Source: Eledone cirrhosa (Eukaryota). Taken from it: 64,000 bases of DNA. Positions 1-13,111 of the stretch are shown here, one piece after another. Location of the stretch: positions 6,634,001 to 6,698,000 of the forward strand of contig OZ024743.1 of NCBI GenBank assembly GCA_964016885.1, given 5' to 3'. Positions within the stretch are counted from its first letter, which is position 1, and each line of letters starts with the position of its first letter. Under the pieces are notes generated by a model, which did no database searches, was not told where the DNA came from, and worked only from the letters and a program-made list of their open reading frames with translations. Made by a program: the position numbers and the translations under genes.

Positions 1-1217
1 AGAAAGCCTTTGACAGAGTCCCCCGCTCCATTATCTGGTGGGCTCTTAGAAAACTAGGCGTTGACGAATGGCTTGTGAGGGCTATACAAGCCATGTATAA
101 AGAAACAGTCAGCAAGGTTAGAATTAACAACGAATATAGTGAAGAGTTTAGCGTAAAAGTTGGCGTCCATCAGGGCTCTGTTCTCAGCCCACTACTATTT
201 ATTATTGCCCTTCAGGCTATAACAGAGGAGTTCAAGACAGGCTGCCCATGGGAACTCCTATACGCAGACGACCTGACACTCATAGCAGAATCAATGGCCG
301 AGCTAGAGAAGAAATTCCAAACATGGAAGCACGGCCTAGAGTCAAAAGGACTTAAAATTAACCTGGCTAAGACCAAAGTACTAGTTTGTAGGAAAGAAAA
401 CAAGGCGGCGGTCCCTTCTGGGAAATGGTCGTGCTCGGTGTGTAGGAAAGGCGTAGGTAGAAACTCCATTTTATGTCCTAAATGCAAAGTATGGGTGCAT
501 AAAAGATGTAGTGGGATCACAGGTAAGCTAACTAAGAACATAGATTTTACATGTGGCCGGTGCTCTGGTGCAATAAGTAGCAGCAAGTGCCCACAAAATA
601 CTAGCTCTTTCAATTGCGCAGAGGGTTCTATAGAAATAGTGGACAGCTTCTGTTACCTGGGCGATAAAATCAGCAGTGGGGGATGGTGCTCTGAAAGTAC
701 TGTAGCTAGAGTCAGAACTGGTTGGAAAAAGTTCAGAGAGCTTATACCACTATTAGCTGCTAAAGGGTTCTCCCTAAAAATGAAAGGCAGGTTGTACGAT
801 GCCTGCATACGAACAGCAATGCTGCATGGCAGTGAGACCTGGGCATTATGTGCAGAGGATATACGCAGACTAGAGAGGAACGAAGCTTGCATGCTCCGCT
901 GGATGTGTAACAGTAATATACGTGAACGGCAAAGCATAAACGAACTAAGGAAAAAATTAGAGATAAGAGGGATCAGATGTTGTTTACTCGAGAGAAGGCT
1001 ACGTTGTTATGGACACGTGATGCGCATGAAAGTCGATAGCTGTATAACAAAGTGCAGGGCAATAAAGATAGACGGTAGTCACGGAATAGGCAGACCTAGA
1101 AAAACCTGGGACGAGCTGATAAACTCCGACATCACACACTTACACCTCTCCAAGACAATGTCACTGGACCGAGACCTTTGGCGGTACTCAGTAACAGAGA
1201 AGACCCGCCTTACCTAA
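1..1217 (+). mobile_element. RTE-clade non-LTR retrotransposon, RT domain and C-terminus, with a PHD-like C4HC3 finger inserted; 5' part outside window
   Basis: Motifs KAFDRV, GVHQGSVLSPLLF, YADD, FCYLG, GSETW, GRPRKTW; insert CSVC..CPKCKVWVHKRC..CGRC. Confidence 0.92.
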
Positions 1218-1608
1218 ATATATAGTAAAACCTACTCCAGCCAGTAGGCATCTCTAACAAAATACACCCCGTCCCACCACCACCACCACCACCACCCCGT
1301 TCTATGTAAAGTTATGTTGGTGCCGCGCCATCGAGGCCGAAACAAATGAGATCGTGTAGGTGTCACGACAAAAAAACACACAGTCCACGCTGTAATGTGG
1401 CCGTGTAGGCAACACGGTAAAAACCTCCCAGACCCACACTGTAAATGTGGTTGGTGTTAGGAAGGGCATCCAACTGTAGAAAACCTGCCAGACAGTCCTA
1501 TGCGAGCAAGACAATCACTCTTGCCTCAAGTGGGACTACCCTCGTCCAAACCCATGCAAGCGTGGAACACGGACGTTAAACGTTGATGATGATGATGATG
1601 ATGATGAT
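1218..1608 (+). mobile_element. 3' UTR and (GAT)n tail of the RTE element
   Basis: Ends in GATGATGAT repeats; last ~170 nt shared with the SINE at 2645-2990. Confidence 0.75.
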
Positions 1609-1735
1609 ATTACCTAAACACTGCCATCTTACTCATAAATTAACTAATGTGTACACTCTGATAGCTTACACTTTCTCAGTTGCAAGCTTATTATCTCATT
1701 GGGTGAGTGGGTAGTGGCCGAAGATCGCTATGTTT

Positions 1736-1766
<31 letters not shown>

Positions 1767-1779
1767 CTGTGTGTACATA

Positions 1780-2122
1780 GCGATCTTCAACCACTACCCA
1801 CTCATAGGTCCACCGAGATTATGCCTAAGGAGGGAACAAAACCTTATTTTTTTCTCTCTAGTCCTTTACCCCACCTGGATTAAATGCACCACCTTTTTTT
1901 CCCCTGGCTAATGCATTCACCACACCCATCACCCTTCCATTCACGTACCCACGAACTACTCCAATTACACACAAACTCCTCCACCTGAACATTCGCTCAC
2001 ATACACCAGCACTTGGATACCATAACACACCTCCGTATCTGTACTTGAACACTTTTAGCGCCTACTAACTTCCACCTCCATGGCCCAAAACCTGCACACT
2101 TTCTCCCCACTACTACTACACC
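1780..2122 (+). pseudogene. Degraded PLE (Neptune-like) GIY-YIG C-terminus and C-rich 3' region, probably continuing at 3453-3830
   Basis: Translates as LRREQNLIFS..FTPPGLN, resembling the E..LIF.L....P.GLN end of PLE endonucleases. Confidence 0.4.
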
Positions 2123-2559
2123 CAGTGGCAGACTGGGTCTAAAAATATTGGTTGCCAGGAGATGAAAGGGGTCCACCTACATATATAATGCTATCATTTA
2201 ATTTTTATAATGAATAAATAACATTTTCGAAAAATACATAAGTGGAAACAAAGCAGTGCAATCAAATTTTTGCGGGGAAATATCTTACCTTCTCCAATAT
2301 AAAATATGTATTTTGCGAAATCCAGAGACTTTCAATAATGACCTTTGGTCTTTCACACTCACTCAATATATATGTGTGTGTGTGTATCTATATATCTATA
2401 TATATATATAGAGAGAGAGAGAGAGTGAGAGGGGGTAGAACACTGGAAGGTAATATCCGTAGTGGTAGAGCACTCAGTCCATGGGACGAATTTGGTAGAA
2501 GTAGTAACAGAACAGTTAATTCACCATACCGAGAACAATTGTTTCACCTTATGTGGATG

Positions 2560-2598
2560 CGAGCTGAAGATCCGTATAAGGTGAAACAATTGTTCTCG
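2560..2598 (+). ncRNA. Type I hammerhead ribozyme inside a ~130-bp palindrome (2499-2629)
   Basis: cgag-CUGAAGA-ucc guaua aggu-GAAAC-aauu-GUU-cucg; stem I cgag/cucg. Confidence 0.8.
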
Positions 2599-2644
2599 GT
2601 ATAGTGAACTAACTGTTGTGTTACTACTTATATATATAAGATAG

Positions 2645-2990
2645 AGGCACATGGCTTAGTGGTTAGAGCATTGGCCTTGCAATCGAAAGGTTGTGAGTTC
2701 AATTCTCAGACCGAGTGATGTGTTGTTTCCTTGAGCAAGACACTTTCTTTCACATTGCTCCAGTTTACACAGCTGTAGAAATGAGATGATAGGGACTGGG
2801 GTCCCTATCATTCCACTGTAAAGTGGTCGTGCAGGTGCCACGGCAAAAAAACCACCCAGCACTCACTGTAAATGAGGTTGGTGTTAGGAAGGGCATCCAG
2901 CTGTAGAAATCAAGCCAGAATCAGTTCCCGTCCCACCCTTGCAAGCAGGGAAAAAGCGGACGTAAAATGAAATGATGATGAATGATGATA
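2645..2990 (+). mobile_element. tRNA-derived SINE with an RTE-derived 3' tail
   Basis: A box TGGCTTAGTGG and B box GAGTTCAATTC; CCTTGAGCAAGACAC body; tail matches 1437-1600; (ATG)n end. Confidence 0.8.
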
Positions 2991-4080
2991 TATATATACA
3001 CACCACCTTCACCACTAATTGATTTGACAGATGTCTTTAACCCATTAATACCAAATATTATTTGGTCAGTAGTTCATCTGTAAGTATATAAATATATCTA
3101 TATATATATATGCTTGTGATGTATGGTTGCAAGCATGAATGAATACACTAAGCTTTAGATTTAGTAGAATATACAACACTGATTCCAGCTATTTGCACTA
3201 TCGTATATTTTGGTTTTTACTAACTCCCTGGCGAATTGGTTGACCAAATGCTTTGCTTAATTGTTTTATTTATTTGTAAAAAAATGTTATTCTCTCTCTT
3301 AGATTTCAGTTATTTTTTGAAAGCAAAGCATTGGCTCCTAAAATACTACAGTGGGCCCTGTAATGCTATTGTGGGCTCTTGCAATGCTACTGTGGGCCGC
3401 CTAGGGGTCACTTGCCATTGGGCAACCTGGTAACCTGGCAAGTCCGCCACTGCTAACGCCATGCGCTACTACACTAACTCCACCACGCACACACGATATG
3501 AGTTTGCATGTGCATCCGCTCACGCACGACCCTCTACAACACACGAATACTTCCACCCACAGCTGTACAAGCTTACACTAACACACGGCGGTGGACGGGC
3601 GTGTTTGACTCCACAGGCACGCACAGCCAGCCTACATTACTAATATTCAATAACCCCCCCCCCCATAATATAACCAGAACACCTGCAACTAGCACCATTA
3701 ATATCACTAACTCACCCCACCACTCCTACCTATGTCCCCCCCCCCCCCCGTGTGTGGGGCGTGTGCGTGCCTGCACTACCAATTCACACCAACATCATTA
3801 ATTCACCGCCTCACTCCCACCTGTGCGCATATATATGAAAAGATTCAGGACCCCAACGGCTGAGCTCCGGCCGTCGACAGCTAGATCCGAATTTGATATA
3901 TATATATATATATATATATTCATTTAGGTTTGTTGGTTCACCACTGGATAGAACTGGTCATTCCGTATATATAATCAACTTTGATGTAATATTAGGGAGA
4001 GCACTCGACGTAATGCAACTCACCCGTCTTCGTTTGTGTTGTTGGTGGTGCGAGTACGGAGTTAATTATTATAAAATAAT

Positions 4081-4260
4081 TGTTTCTACTTTAGGTACAA
4101 GGCCAGCAATTACCCAGTGCATTACTGGTACTTTATTTTATCGACCCCGTAAGGACGAAAGGCAAAGTCAACCTCGGCGGGATTTGAACTCGGATCGTAA
4201 AGGGACGTAACTATGCTGGAAAGCATGGTGTCTGACCCTCTACCGATACTGCCAATCCAC
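4081..4260 (-). mobile_element. tRNA-derived SINE (dominant family) with 13-bp TSD ATTATAAAATAAT
   Basis: Reverse complement of the family consensus; TSD at 4068-4080 and 4261-4273. Confidence 0.85.
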
Positions 4261-4284
4261 ATTATAAAATAATAAAGGTTTATT

Positions 4285-4342
4285 ATACTATGAACATTTC
4301 AATGACCGAGTTCAGTATGAATCCGGTGACATCATCAGGTAT
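4285..4342 (-). ncRNA. Hammerhead ribozyme; inverted partner at 4460-4517 (+) has C3->U
   Basis: auac-CUGAUGA-(accgg..ucggu stem II)-GAAA-ug uu ca-UA-guau. Confidence 0.7.
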
Positions 4343-4560
4343 TCGAAATTTAATAATTTGAAGGCGGCCAACCGGACTAGAAACTGCTAAATGTTTGGCC
4401 GCCTTCTTGTCTCTCTGCCTCATGGATTGTGTCTATTATATTCCTTTATTAAATTTCGAATATTTGATGATGTCACCGGATTCATACTGAACCCAGTCAT
4501 TGAAATGTTCATAGTATAATAAACTTTTAAGGAATTACACCAGTCCAGCCTCTTGTTATT

Positions 4561-4609
<49 letters not shown>

Positions 4610-5203
4610 TTAATACATTAACAGAGAAAGCTAATAGCGATACTCCGACTAACTTCCATCTCACTCAACAAACATTAGGAAATACCTAAGTATAATCCCA
4701 ATTATACGTTTGGGGTGCTAAATATATTGTATTATGTGGAAAGTCGGCTGCATTATTTTATATGAGACATAATTAAATAAATCTCACTTTCCATACGATC
4801 GTTTCGTTATAAGATTTCTACAAGGTGGGAGAAAAAAATCCAAGTTATGTAGAAGCTTGCATATGATCAACAGATTTACTTGCAAATGGGCCCTTATAAC
4901 TCTTCAGTGGAATGCCCAGGCAATATCAATATAAAAACTACATCGATATTAATATTCACCGTCAGTGCTCGAAGAACCGCTAAGTTTGAAAGTCCAGCAG
5001 TCCTCCAAAAAAAATTCTCACACTGTCCCCAAATGGGAAGGGGAGGTTATCGTAAAATATGAAATAATATACACGCAGGTCATTGAACTCTGTTAGGAAT
5101 CCAAACCACGTATTGAGAACTCAACTGGATAATAAAAAAAATAAATATATGTACGTATTTTCACTGGAAAAAATTTGTCAGCATTTTCTTTTCCTTTTTA
5201 CTT
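4610..5203 (-). mobile_element. HHR-bearing non-coding element in (TA)n; diverged copy at 60170-60740
   Basis: Two colinear copies starting TTAATACATT.ACAGAGAAAGCT next to (TA)n. Confidence 0.7.
4789..4912 (-). ncRNA. Type I hammerhead ribozyme with extended stem II
   Basis: uucca-CUGAAGA-guuauaag[~80 nt]cuuauaac-GAAAC-gauc-GUA-uggaa. Confidence 0.85.
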
Positions 5204-5459
5204 ATATATATATATATATATATGTGTTAAAATATCCCCCACACACGTACAGACACATTCCTACTGACCGAATCCCTCTACCACGAATTACTCTGCTACA
5301 CCCACACACACACATATTTGTCTTAATAGACACCTGAACTGTTGACCTTTCAACATGACTGCAATTCACACACACATCCCTGCTGACCATTATCACAACA
5401 ATGAACCTCTTTACTACACACACACATATTTGTCTTAAAAGACTTATTTTTCAGTGACT

Positions 5460-5890
5460 TTTCAATCAGGCGAAAAAGGACACTCTTCGACAAACCTATA
5501 TTTGGCGCAAAATCAATTTTTAACATTCACGTGACCTCTACCGACCAATCAAAATTGTTTTGACTACAAGAATTTTTGCAGCACGAATTGGTGCGAAACT
5601 TATAGTACTCATTCACGTGACATTCAACAACCAACCAAATCTTAATACCTCTGGAGCCACTTTTTTCACATAAAACAGGTAGAATTTCAAAAACTAATCA
5701 GATTAGAGCAAATATCACGGGCGCTCTATCTCAAAATTATTTTTGAAAAGCATAAGAAATGCGCAGCCGGTAAAAACTTAAAACTAAAACTGAATACTAA
5801 CCAATACTTATTACTAATTTATACTTATTCCTAATTAAACTATTTTTCACTGGGAAAAATTTGTCAGCATTTTCTTTTCCTTTTACTAAT
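5460..5890 (+). mobile_element. Non-autonomous element with a variant HHR (UUGAAAA core); related copies at 16837-17065(-), 17652-17850(+), 58795-60145(-)
   Basis: Shared TTTTGAAAAGCA..TGCG(A/C)A(A/G)CCGGTAAA; CACGTG, CCAAT and E2F-like motifs upstream in the longer copies. Confidence 0.65.
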
Positions 5891-5904
5891 ATATATATAT
5901 ATAT

Positions 5905-6552
5905 CGCTAATTTCTACTCGCCGAAATGCGATTCTCGCTAAATTTATATTTGTATTAATCTCCCAAATCAAGCGATTAACCAGTTCATTTTTTTTTTTGG
6001 GGGGGGGGGCTTTTTAGTTAATTCTATTGACCGATTAATCGCTTAAGTTTATTTTAAAAACAACTCGGTAGAGAGCTTATTCGTTTTGTGCGGTTTTTGC
6101 AAATGCTGAATTCACTGACCAAAATAGGGGTTTTCTCCCCTTAGAATCTCACATGTGCTTTCACAACCTGCGAGATTCCGGCGCAAGAAGAACAAAAATT
6201 TGTTGAGAAAGCGATGCCTTGTTCGATCATTATACCAAAAGCTTATTTTTATAAGCAGACAGTATTATTGATTTAGGTGTTGCAGAAACCCAATTTCGGA
6301 GTATTCCATCTTCCCCAAGGGTCCGGGTAACTATTTCAATCATATCTTATTTTGTTTGACCCGTTTAGCTTGTTCGCTTTTTTGGCTATGGTGGCTATGG
6401 CCTCTTAATCATCGTCTCAGCGTGTATGACCATTTTAACTTATGTTTATAGCTCTGCTATCCTCTTCATATGCATGGAGCGCTTGTCTGCACAATATGGA
6501 AGTTGCGTTTCGCTAATTTCTACCCGCCGAAATGCAATTCTCGCTAAATTTA
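5905..6552. repeat. Interspersed (TA)n-associated repeat with a ~40-bp direct terminal repeat; copies at 61920-62690, 49690-49960, 20440-20520
   Basis: CGCTAATTTCTAC.CGCCGAAATGC.ATTCTCGCTAAATTT at 5905 and 6511; long colinear match to 61920-62690. Confidence 0.75.
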
Positions 6553-6759
6553 TATATATAAGCAGAAGGGATATTTAATTTGTTGGAAATTCAACTATCC
6601 AAGGAAAATTTGTTGGAAATTCCACTATCCAAGGAAAATTCAACTGATAAGGTATGTTCCTTGGCTATGTCAAAATTTATAAAACACATTTTGTATTTTA
6701 TCTGATATATAATAGAATAAATATGGTTTTATAAATATAGTTTCCATTTATTTAATATC

Positions 6760-6844
<85 letters not shown>

Positions 6845-7402
6845 GGAAATCAGTAAAATCGAATCTCTGGCGGTTTGCAAGTAAATTCGCCCTACTTATA
6901 TGAAGTGATGAGTTAGCAAAGCATCGATAAGATAGGTCTCAGAGTTATAACATACGTTTAAATAGCTTGACAAATCGAACATTGTGGTAGGCTAAACTAA
7001 CACACAATGCATACCAAAGTAACAAAAAAACTAATCAGGTTGAGAAAAATAGACCTGGACAAATCAGACGAGCGTTTGAAATGTTTCTCTGACTCCGAAA
7101 TCAAATATCAGACTTACTTGAATGGCAAGGTCATGGTATTGGTGACTGAACAGAGGACTCAGTTTATCAACAGGTTTTCGTTCTGCTTAGAATCAGGAGT
7201 GATAAAATATGTTGCTGCTCTTATGGCTGCTAATCGTATCTATAGTTATCACGTGTTAATTCCGGCAAGGGAAATAACCCCCGGTTTTTGGCGGGTCATT
7301 CAAATGCTAGCGAATGGAAATATTTTAATTTCCGCTAATCATCATGATAAGCTCTCGACGAGATGTTATAAAACTAACACAAATAATTAACCAATCAACA
7401 GA

Positions 7403-7460
<58 letters not shown>

Positions 7461-7465
<5 letters not shown>

Positions 7466-8033
7466 AAAATGAGCGGAGCAAGCAATTATCAAACAATCTT
7501 TTAAATAAATTAAAAAACGATTTAAATATTCACCTGTTCTATTGCTGCTACCAATCAAAAGATTGGAAATCCAGAGAATTTCCAATGGAAAGAATTAGAT
7601 CTTCAGACAGCTATTTCCATACTATAAAGGTACCAAACTTCACAGTAAGTCAATATTTCGCTTACTGCCCGACGCATGCGGTCAAGCCGTTGAAGTGACG
7701 CACACGCAAAATTAGGCCACAAGTAAAAGCGCGTTATTATAAACTTGCTGATCATGCCGCTAAAAATAGCAGCGCGATACAACGTTTTGTTCTCTACATA
7801 AGGAGAAAAATTATAAAAGGGTATGGATATTCCAACAGGCACTAGGTACCTACAGAAATATGCATGGTGTTTATAATAGCTGTGGTTCGATGGTACTAAT
7901 TTGAGATACCAGAACTATAAAAATGAGCGGAGCAAGAAATTATCAAACAATCTTTTAAATAAATTAAAAAACCATTTAAATATTCACCTGTTCTATTGCT
8001 GTTACCGACGGTTTCACTAATCAAAAGATTGGA

Positions 8034-8035
<2 letters not shown>
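7461..8035 (-). mobile_element. Partial-tandem (pLTR-like) element, ~454-bp period, with a split or partly deleted HHR
   Basis: Direct repeats 7461-7552 and 7916-8006; CUGAAGA at ~7602-7608(-) and GAAAC-c-GUC at ~8007-8015(-). Confidence 0.55.
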
Positions 8036-8070
<35 letters not shown>

Positions 8071-8148
8071 GTATGTGTGTAATAATATATATATATATAA
8101 TAGGTATGTGTGCGCGCGTGCGTGTGTGTGCGCGCGCCTGTGTGTGTG

Positions 8149-8193
<45 letters not shown>

Positions 8194-8635
8194 AATTAAG
8201 AAGTGGAGTTAAAGATTCACAATACAAGTAAAATTCTGTTATAACTAATTCTATTATAACGATTTTTTTCTGTACAGTATGTACACACACCACCACCGCT
8301 GCCACTACCACCATCGTCGCCGGTTCCACAACTCCCTCCGTACGACTTTGATCCGCCACACACACTTTCTCCCTCACCCACCATACAGATCCTCCACTTC
8401 ATGTGACCTGAATTATCCCTGTGTCCCCCACCTTCTACTAACAGTCCCTAGCAGCTATCTTCACCATCACTACACATCCCCATCCAATTTATACCCCCTT
8501 CACTACCACTCCTTAGATGCTATCCCCTCCTAAGGCTTTAGATACCCACACTATTACACCCTACTAGCTACTCCCTCTACCCGATTCATTATTTTATGCT
8601 GCCACACACTCTGCTAAGCGTCTGTCAGCATAAAA

Positions 8636-8813
8636 TAATTGTTTCTACTTTTGGCACAAGGCCAGCAATAATCCAGTGTATTACTGGTACTTTATTTTAT
8701 CGACCCCATAAGGATAAAAGTCAAAGTTAACTCGGCGGGATTTGAACTCAGAATGGCAAGGGCCGTAACTCTATGCGTCAAAGCATGGCGTCCGACCCTC
8801 TACCGATACTGCC
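8636..8813 (-). mobile_element. tRNA-derived SINE (dominant family)
   Basis: Matches the consensus TTGCCTTTCATCCTTACGGGGTCGATAAAATAAAGTACCAGT. Confidence 0.85.
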
Positions 8814-9079
8814 AAAAAATAATGAATTGGGATAAATATCCAACCAGCCTTAGACGTGGGTTTACATGTTAACATATACCAGAGGAGCTTCCGATTCCAG
8901 AATCACGATCGATCATTAATCAATTGTTCCTCCAGCTGATCGACAATGAAACATATGTAATATGGAATTAAATGTGTATATGATGCAACACTGATTTTTT
9001 GTTCCCTTATATATTATTATTATTGATACTCTTCTCCCCACGAGCTCATCTCGGCATACCGCCTATGGACGCAATAAAT

Positions 9080-9143
<64 letters not shown>

Positions 9144-9146
9144 TAT

Positions 9147-9284
<138 letters not shown>

Positions 9285-9309
9285 CATTATATATATATAT
9301 ATATATATG

Positions 9310-9627
9310 AACATTAATCAGTATACACTGAGGATGAAAAACTCAGAGCTGTATGGGAGCATCCCAAAAGTCAGCTCAAAAGTGACACAGAGGAGACTGA
9401 GGTTGGCTGCACATGCTCACCGACATCCAGAGTTGACATTGCACTCAGTGCTCCTTTGGGAGCCCCTACATGGACACACTAGAAGAGGAAGACCAAGGTT
9501 AATATATGTTGATGCCCTAAGGACAGACACTGGTCTGTTGGAGATGCAGGATATGGCAGCGATAATGAGGGACAGAGACCGCTGGAGAGAACTCGTCCAT
9601 GGATCTCGGGAATTTTACCCGCCTTAG
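9310..9627 (+). mobile_element. 5'-truncated RTE-like LINE 3' fragment inside (TA)n
   Basis: [38 protein letters not shown]. Confidence 0.75.
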
Positions 9628-9732
<105 letters not shown>

Positions 9733-9786
9733 ATTTATTGCGTCCGTCGGCGGTATGCCGAGATGAGCTCCTGGGGACGTACACCT

Positions 9787-10147
9787 ATACACACACACCA
9801 CCTTCAGCCCTCCACGCTCGGACACCCCGTCTCCCTCTCCCCACTCCACCCGCCACCACCCCTACACGCCCCACACCCTTCCACCACCTGTTTTACCCCA
9901 TTTTAATTTTATTTTGATCATGCCTTTATTTTTAATTTCATTTGCACCGTTTTCTCTCACCCCCTTTTTGCTATATGTCTCTCCACCACTTCCCCACACA
10001 CCCTTTGAACTCTCTTCCCACCCACTTTTCACCTGAAGAAGGGCTTATGCCCGAAACGTCGTTCCCCACCACCACCCCACTCTCAAGAGCGTGAAATTAA
10101 TAAACCTTTGTTCGTACTGCCTCTCTGTTTTGTTCCCGTTCAATTTT

Positions 10148-10152
<5 letters not shown>
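9787..10152 (+). mobile_element. PLE-type pLTR with a minimal HHR at ~10030-10063; copies at 18210-18950 and 61420-61590
   Basis: CTGAAGA-AGGGC-TTAT-GCCC-GAAAC-GTC, then AATAAA and (TA)n. Confidence 0.75.
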
Positions 10153-10183
<31 letters not shown>

Positions 10184-11159
10184 ATTAAATAAATGGAAAC
10201 TATATTTATAAAACCATATTTATTTCATTATATATATTTCAGGGATATCATATTAACAATATGCTATGCCTTCCTCAGACAAAATACAATATAAACAGTT
10301 TTATAGATAAATAGATTCGACATACCGTAACAACATCGACTTGCATTTGAAGAGGTTGATTTGGCAGTGAAAAAATTGTACACAGAGAGAAAGAAAGAGA
10401 GAAAAAAGAAAGAAAGACAGAAAACGAAGAAAAGGAAGAAAAAGAAGAAATGCATGGAACAAAATAGAGAGATGGAAAGATAGATAAAGAGAAGAACTTC
10501 ATGTAAAGAAACAGAAAGAGATATATATATATAGAGAGAGAGGAAATAGAGATAGATACATATATATATATAGAAAATTAGGTAGTGGGAGGTCTGTTGA
10601 GTAAATGTATCAATGATACATTTATTTATTTATTTATTTATTTAGCTCTAGTATTAATGTAAGGGAGATATATATATATAGAGAAAAAAAAATATAGAGA
10701 GAGAAAAAATATAGCGAGAGAAAAAATTTAAAAATAACCAGATATATGCGAGGCGTAAAAACCCTATGTTTTAATGTAGAGGTATTAGTATTTATAAAAC
10801 ATCCACTATATTGTAAATATCAGTATTCCTGAATGAGACAAGTATCCATAGTGTGTGAAAATTAATGATCTTATGTTTAGTTTTTTTTTTAAATTCATAT
10901 GTTTATGTGATAGCTACAAACATCTGAATCTACATGATCAACTCTGCAAACCCTAAGTTCACGGAAAACATTCTCAATGTGGTATAAAAATTTGAGTATA
11001 CATATATGTGTATTATTATTCCTGTCTTTACTCTACAAGATTATCTATCAAGCAGAAATAGAGAGCAGATTTCAATATACTAATAAAAATATATATCAGA
11101 AACAAAACTAAAAAATAACAATAATAATAATAAGTAATAATAAAATAGAAAACTAAAAA

Positions 11160-11192
<33 letters not shown>

Positions 11193-11670
11193 TACGAAAG
11201 AATATTACATATTAAAAATATTACATATTAAAAAATTTACATATTAAAAATATTAAAAATAAAAATATTAGAAAATACTACAATAATAAAAAATAAAAAA
11301 TAAAAATAAACCACAAAGATCAACCCTTCAAAATTAATTGACAATATATTGCCAAGTTCATTATAAGCATCAGAGTCGAAAAACAGACAAAGCCAAAAAT
11401 TATCTATCAAATCACATCTAGCAAAGATCATTTCAAAAAGTTTAGGATGCCCAATTTGGTCTACATGTGTTCTTATATTTAATATAGAAGTTTATCTAGT
11501 GTAACGTTTATTCGAAATATTTGGAGCATCAGCTTTTAGGGTAGCTTAATTTTTCATGAGGAATGTTTAAATAAAAATAAAATAAAAATAAAAAAGAAAA
11601 AAGAATAAAAAGAAGGAATCAAAGATTTATCGGCTAGTTTCCCATATACATATAAATCAAACTAAATATA

Positions 11671-13093
11671 CTACATTTTAAATTTAAATTTATATTTAAA
11701 CGTTGAGTTTAATCTATGTTTGCAACAACTGAATAAATTTGTCCGTAGATTAAGGGAATTTTTAGATTTTAGTATAAAGAATATCTCCTCTGCGCAGAGG
11801 TCACATGTCTCAGAGGATGAATTAAAAGGAATCCCTCTTGAGACTATATTCAAAGCCGTCGAATATCTAACGTTATCTAGCTTAAGTTGCCAGAGTACGC
11901 CTGATAGTGCCGTTGAAGATTTTTTGCTTGGATCTGTGAAAGAATTCTTGTGGTTATTATAGCGAAGTTTAAATTCCGTCGATGTGGAACCGACGTAGTT
12001 AAAAGAATTAGAGTCAGTATTAACATTACAATTGTATACTATATTTTTAACTAAGCAGTTGTTATTTAACGGACATTTAGATCTATCTCTACAGTTACAT
12101 TTGTTAACTTGTATATTATTTATGCTATTATCACTAGGTTTTAAGTTCCTATTATTTATTCTATTAATATTTTGTGCTAAATTTTTGGTGGATGAGTAGG
12201 TTAATTTTATTGTATGTCTATTGAAAATTGAGTGATATCTATGTGTTCTAGGGAAGCGATTATCAAGAGCTTTGAAAAATAGTTTAGCGATGTGGGTTTT
12301 AATGTTTAGTGAGAAAGGGGGGGGGGCAAACCAAATTATGTTCCTAGTTCTATTTCTTTTTTGGCCTTTGGAATTATTGTAATGCTTTCTATTATAGTTG
12401 TTAAGGTTGTTGCCGTAATTAAAAAAGTTGATACTTTGTTTAGTTTGTCTATCATTATCTATGTACACAATCTTATCAGCATATCCTGCTCTAGCTAATG
12501 CTTCATTATAGTATTGGGCTTTTTCGTCGAAAATCTTTCTATTCGACGAGATCCTAGAGATACGTTTTTGAACAGAGTTTACTATAGTGTTTTTGACAGA
12601 TCTGGGGTGGTTAGAGTTAAAGTTGACATAGTTTAAGTTTTCATTCAACTTGTGAAAAGGATAGTGAAGACATGTGTTGAGATTTAATGTTATATCTAGG
12701 AAATTGACTATTCTATGGTTGTTCTCAATTTCTATTTTAAGATTAAAGTAATTAAAAAATTGTGTAATTTGTTTACATTTTCTATTTAGTTCAGGGTTAT
12801 TATTATCAATAAGTAAAAGCATGTCATCTCTATATAAACCTCCGGTAGTACCAGGTATTTTCCTATGTAGCGAATTGATTAAAAATAAGCCCACAAGGTC
12901 AGTTACCTGAGCTGAGTCGGATGATCCCATAGTTATGTCAAAATTGCTATCTCTATCTGCTCTGGTCCATAGTTTGTCATTAAATTCTATCAAAGTTTTC
13001 CTAGCCGATAATATAATATGCATTTCATTGCTAGTTAGGTCAGTATGTTTGAATGCGTAATTTAGTGCCTTATTTAGTAGATTAGGGGTAATA
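11671..13093 (-). CDS. Inverted copy of the 3' two-thirds of the same PLE ORF
   Basis: Identical translation from ITPNLLNK onward except one extra Pro. Confidence 0.85.
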
Positions 13094-13111
13094 TAAGGAG
13101 AATCAGGTAAT

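Larger units (their letters stand above)
2123..3452. mobile_element. Putative non-autonomous TIR (hAT-like) DNA transposon with nested insertions
   Basis: TIRs CAGTGGCAGACT (2123) and AGTCCGCCACTG (3441-3452); subterminal GTGGGC and CCTGGCAA repeats; degenerate flanks actacacc/ctaacgcc. Confidence 0.5.

Noticed and set aside
7007-7390. 127-aa ORF as a gene
   Set aside because: No recognisable motif; lies between (TA)n tracts like the other repeat inserts
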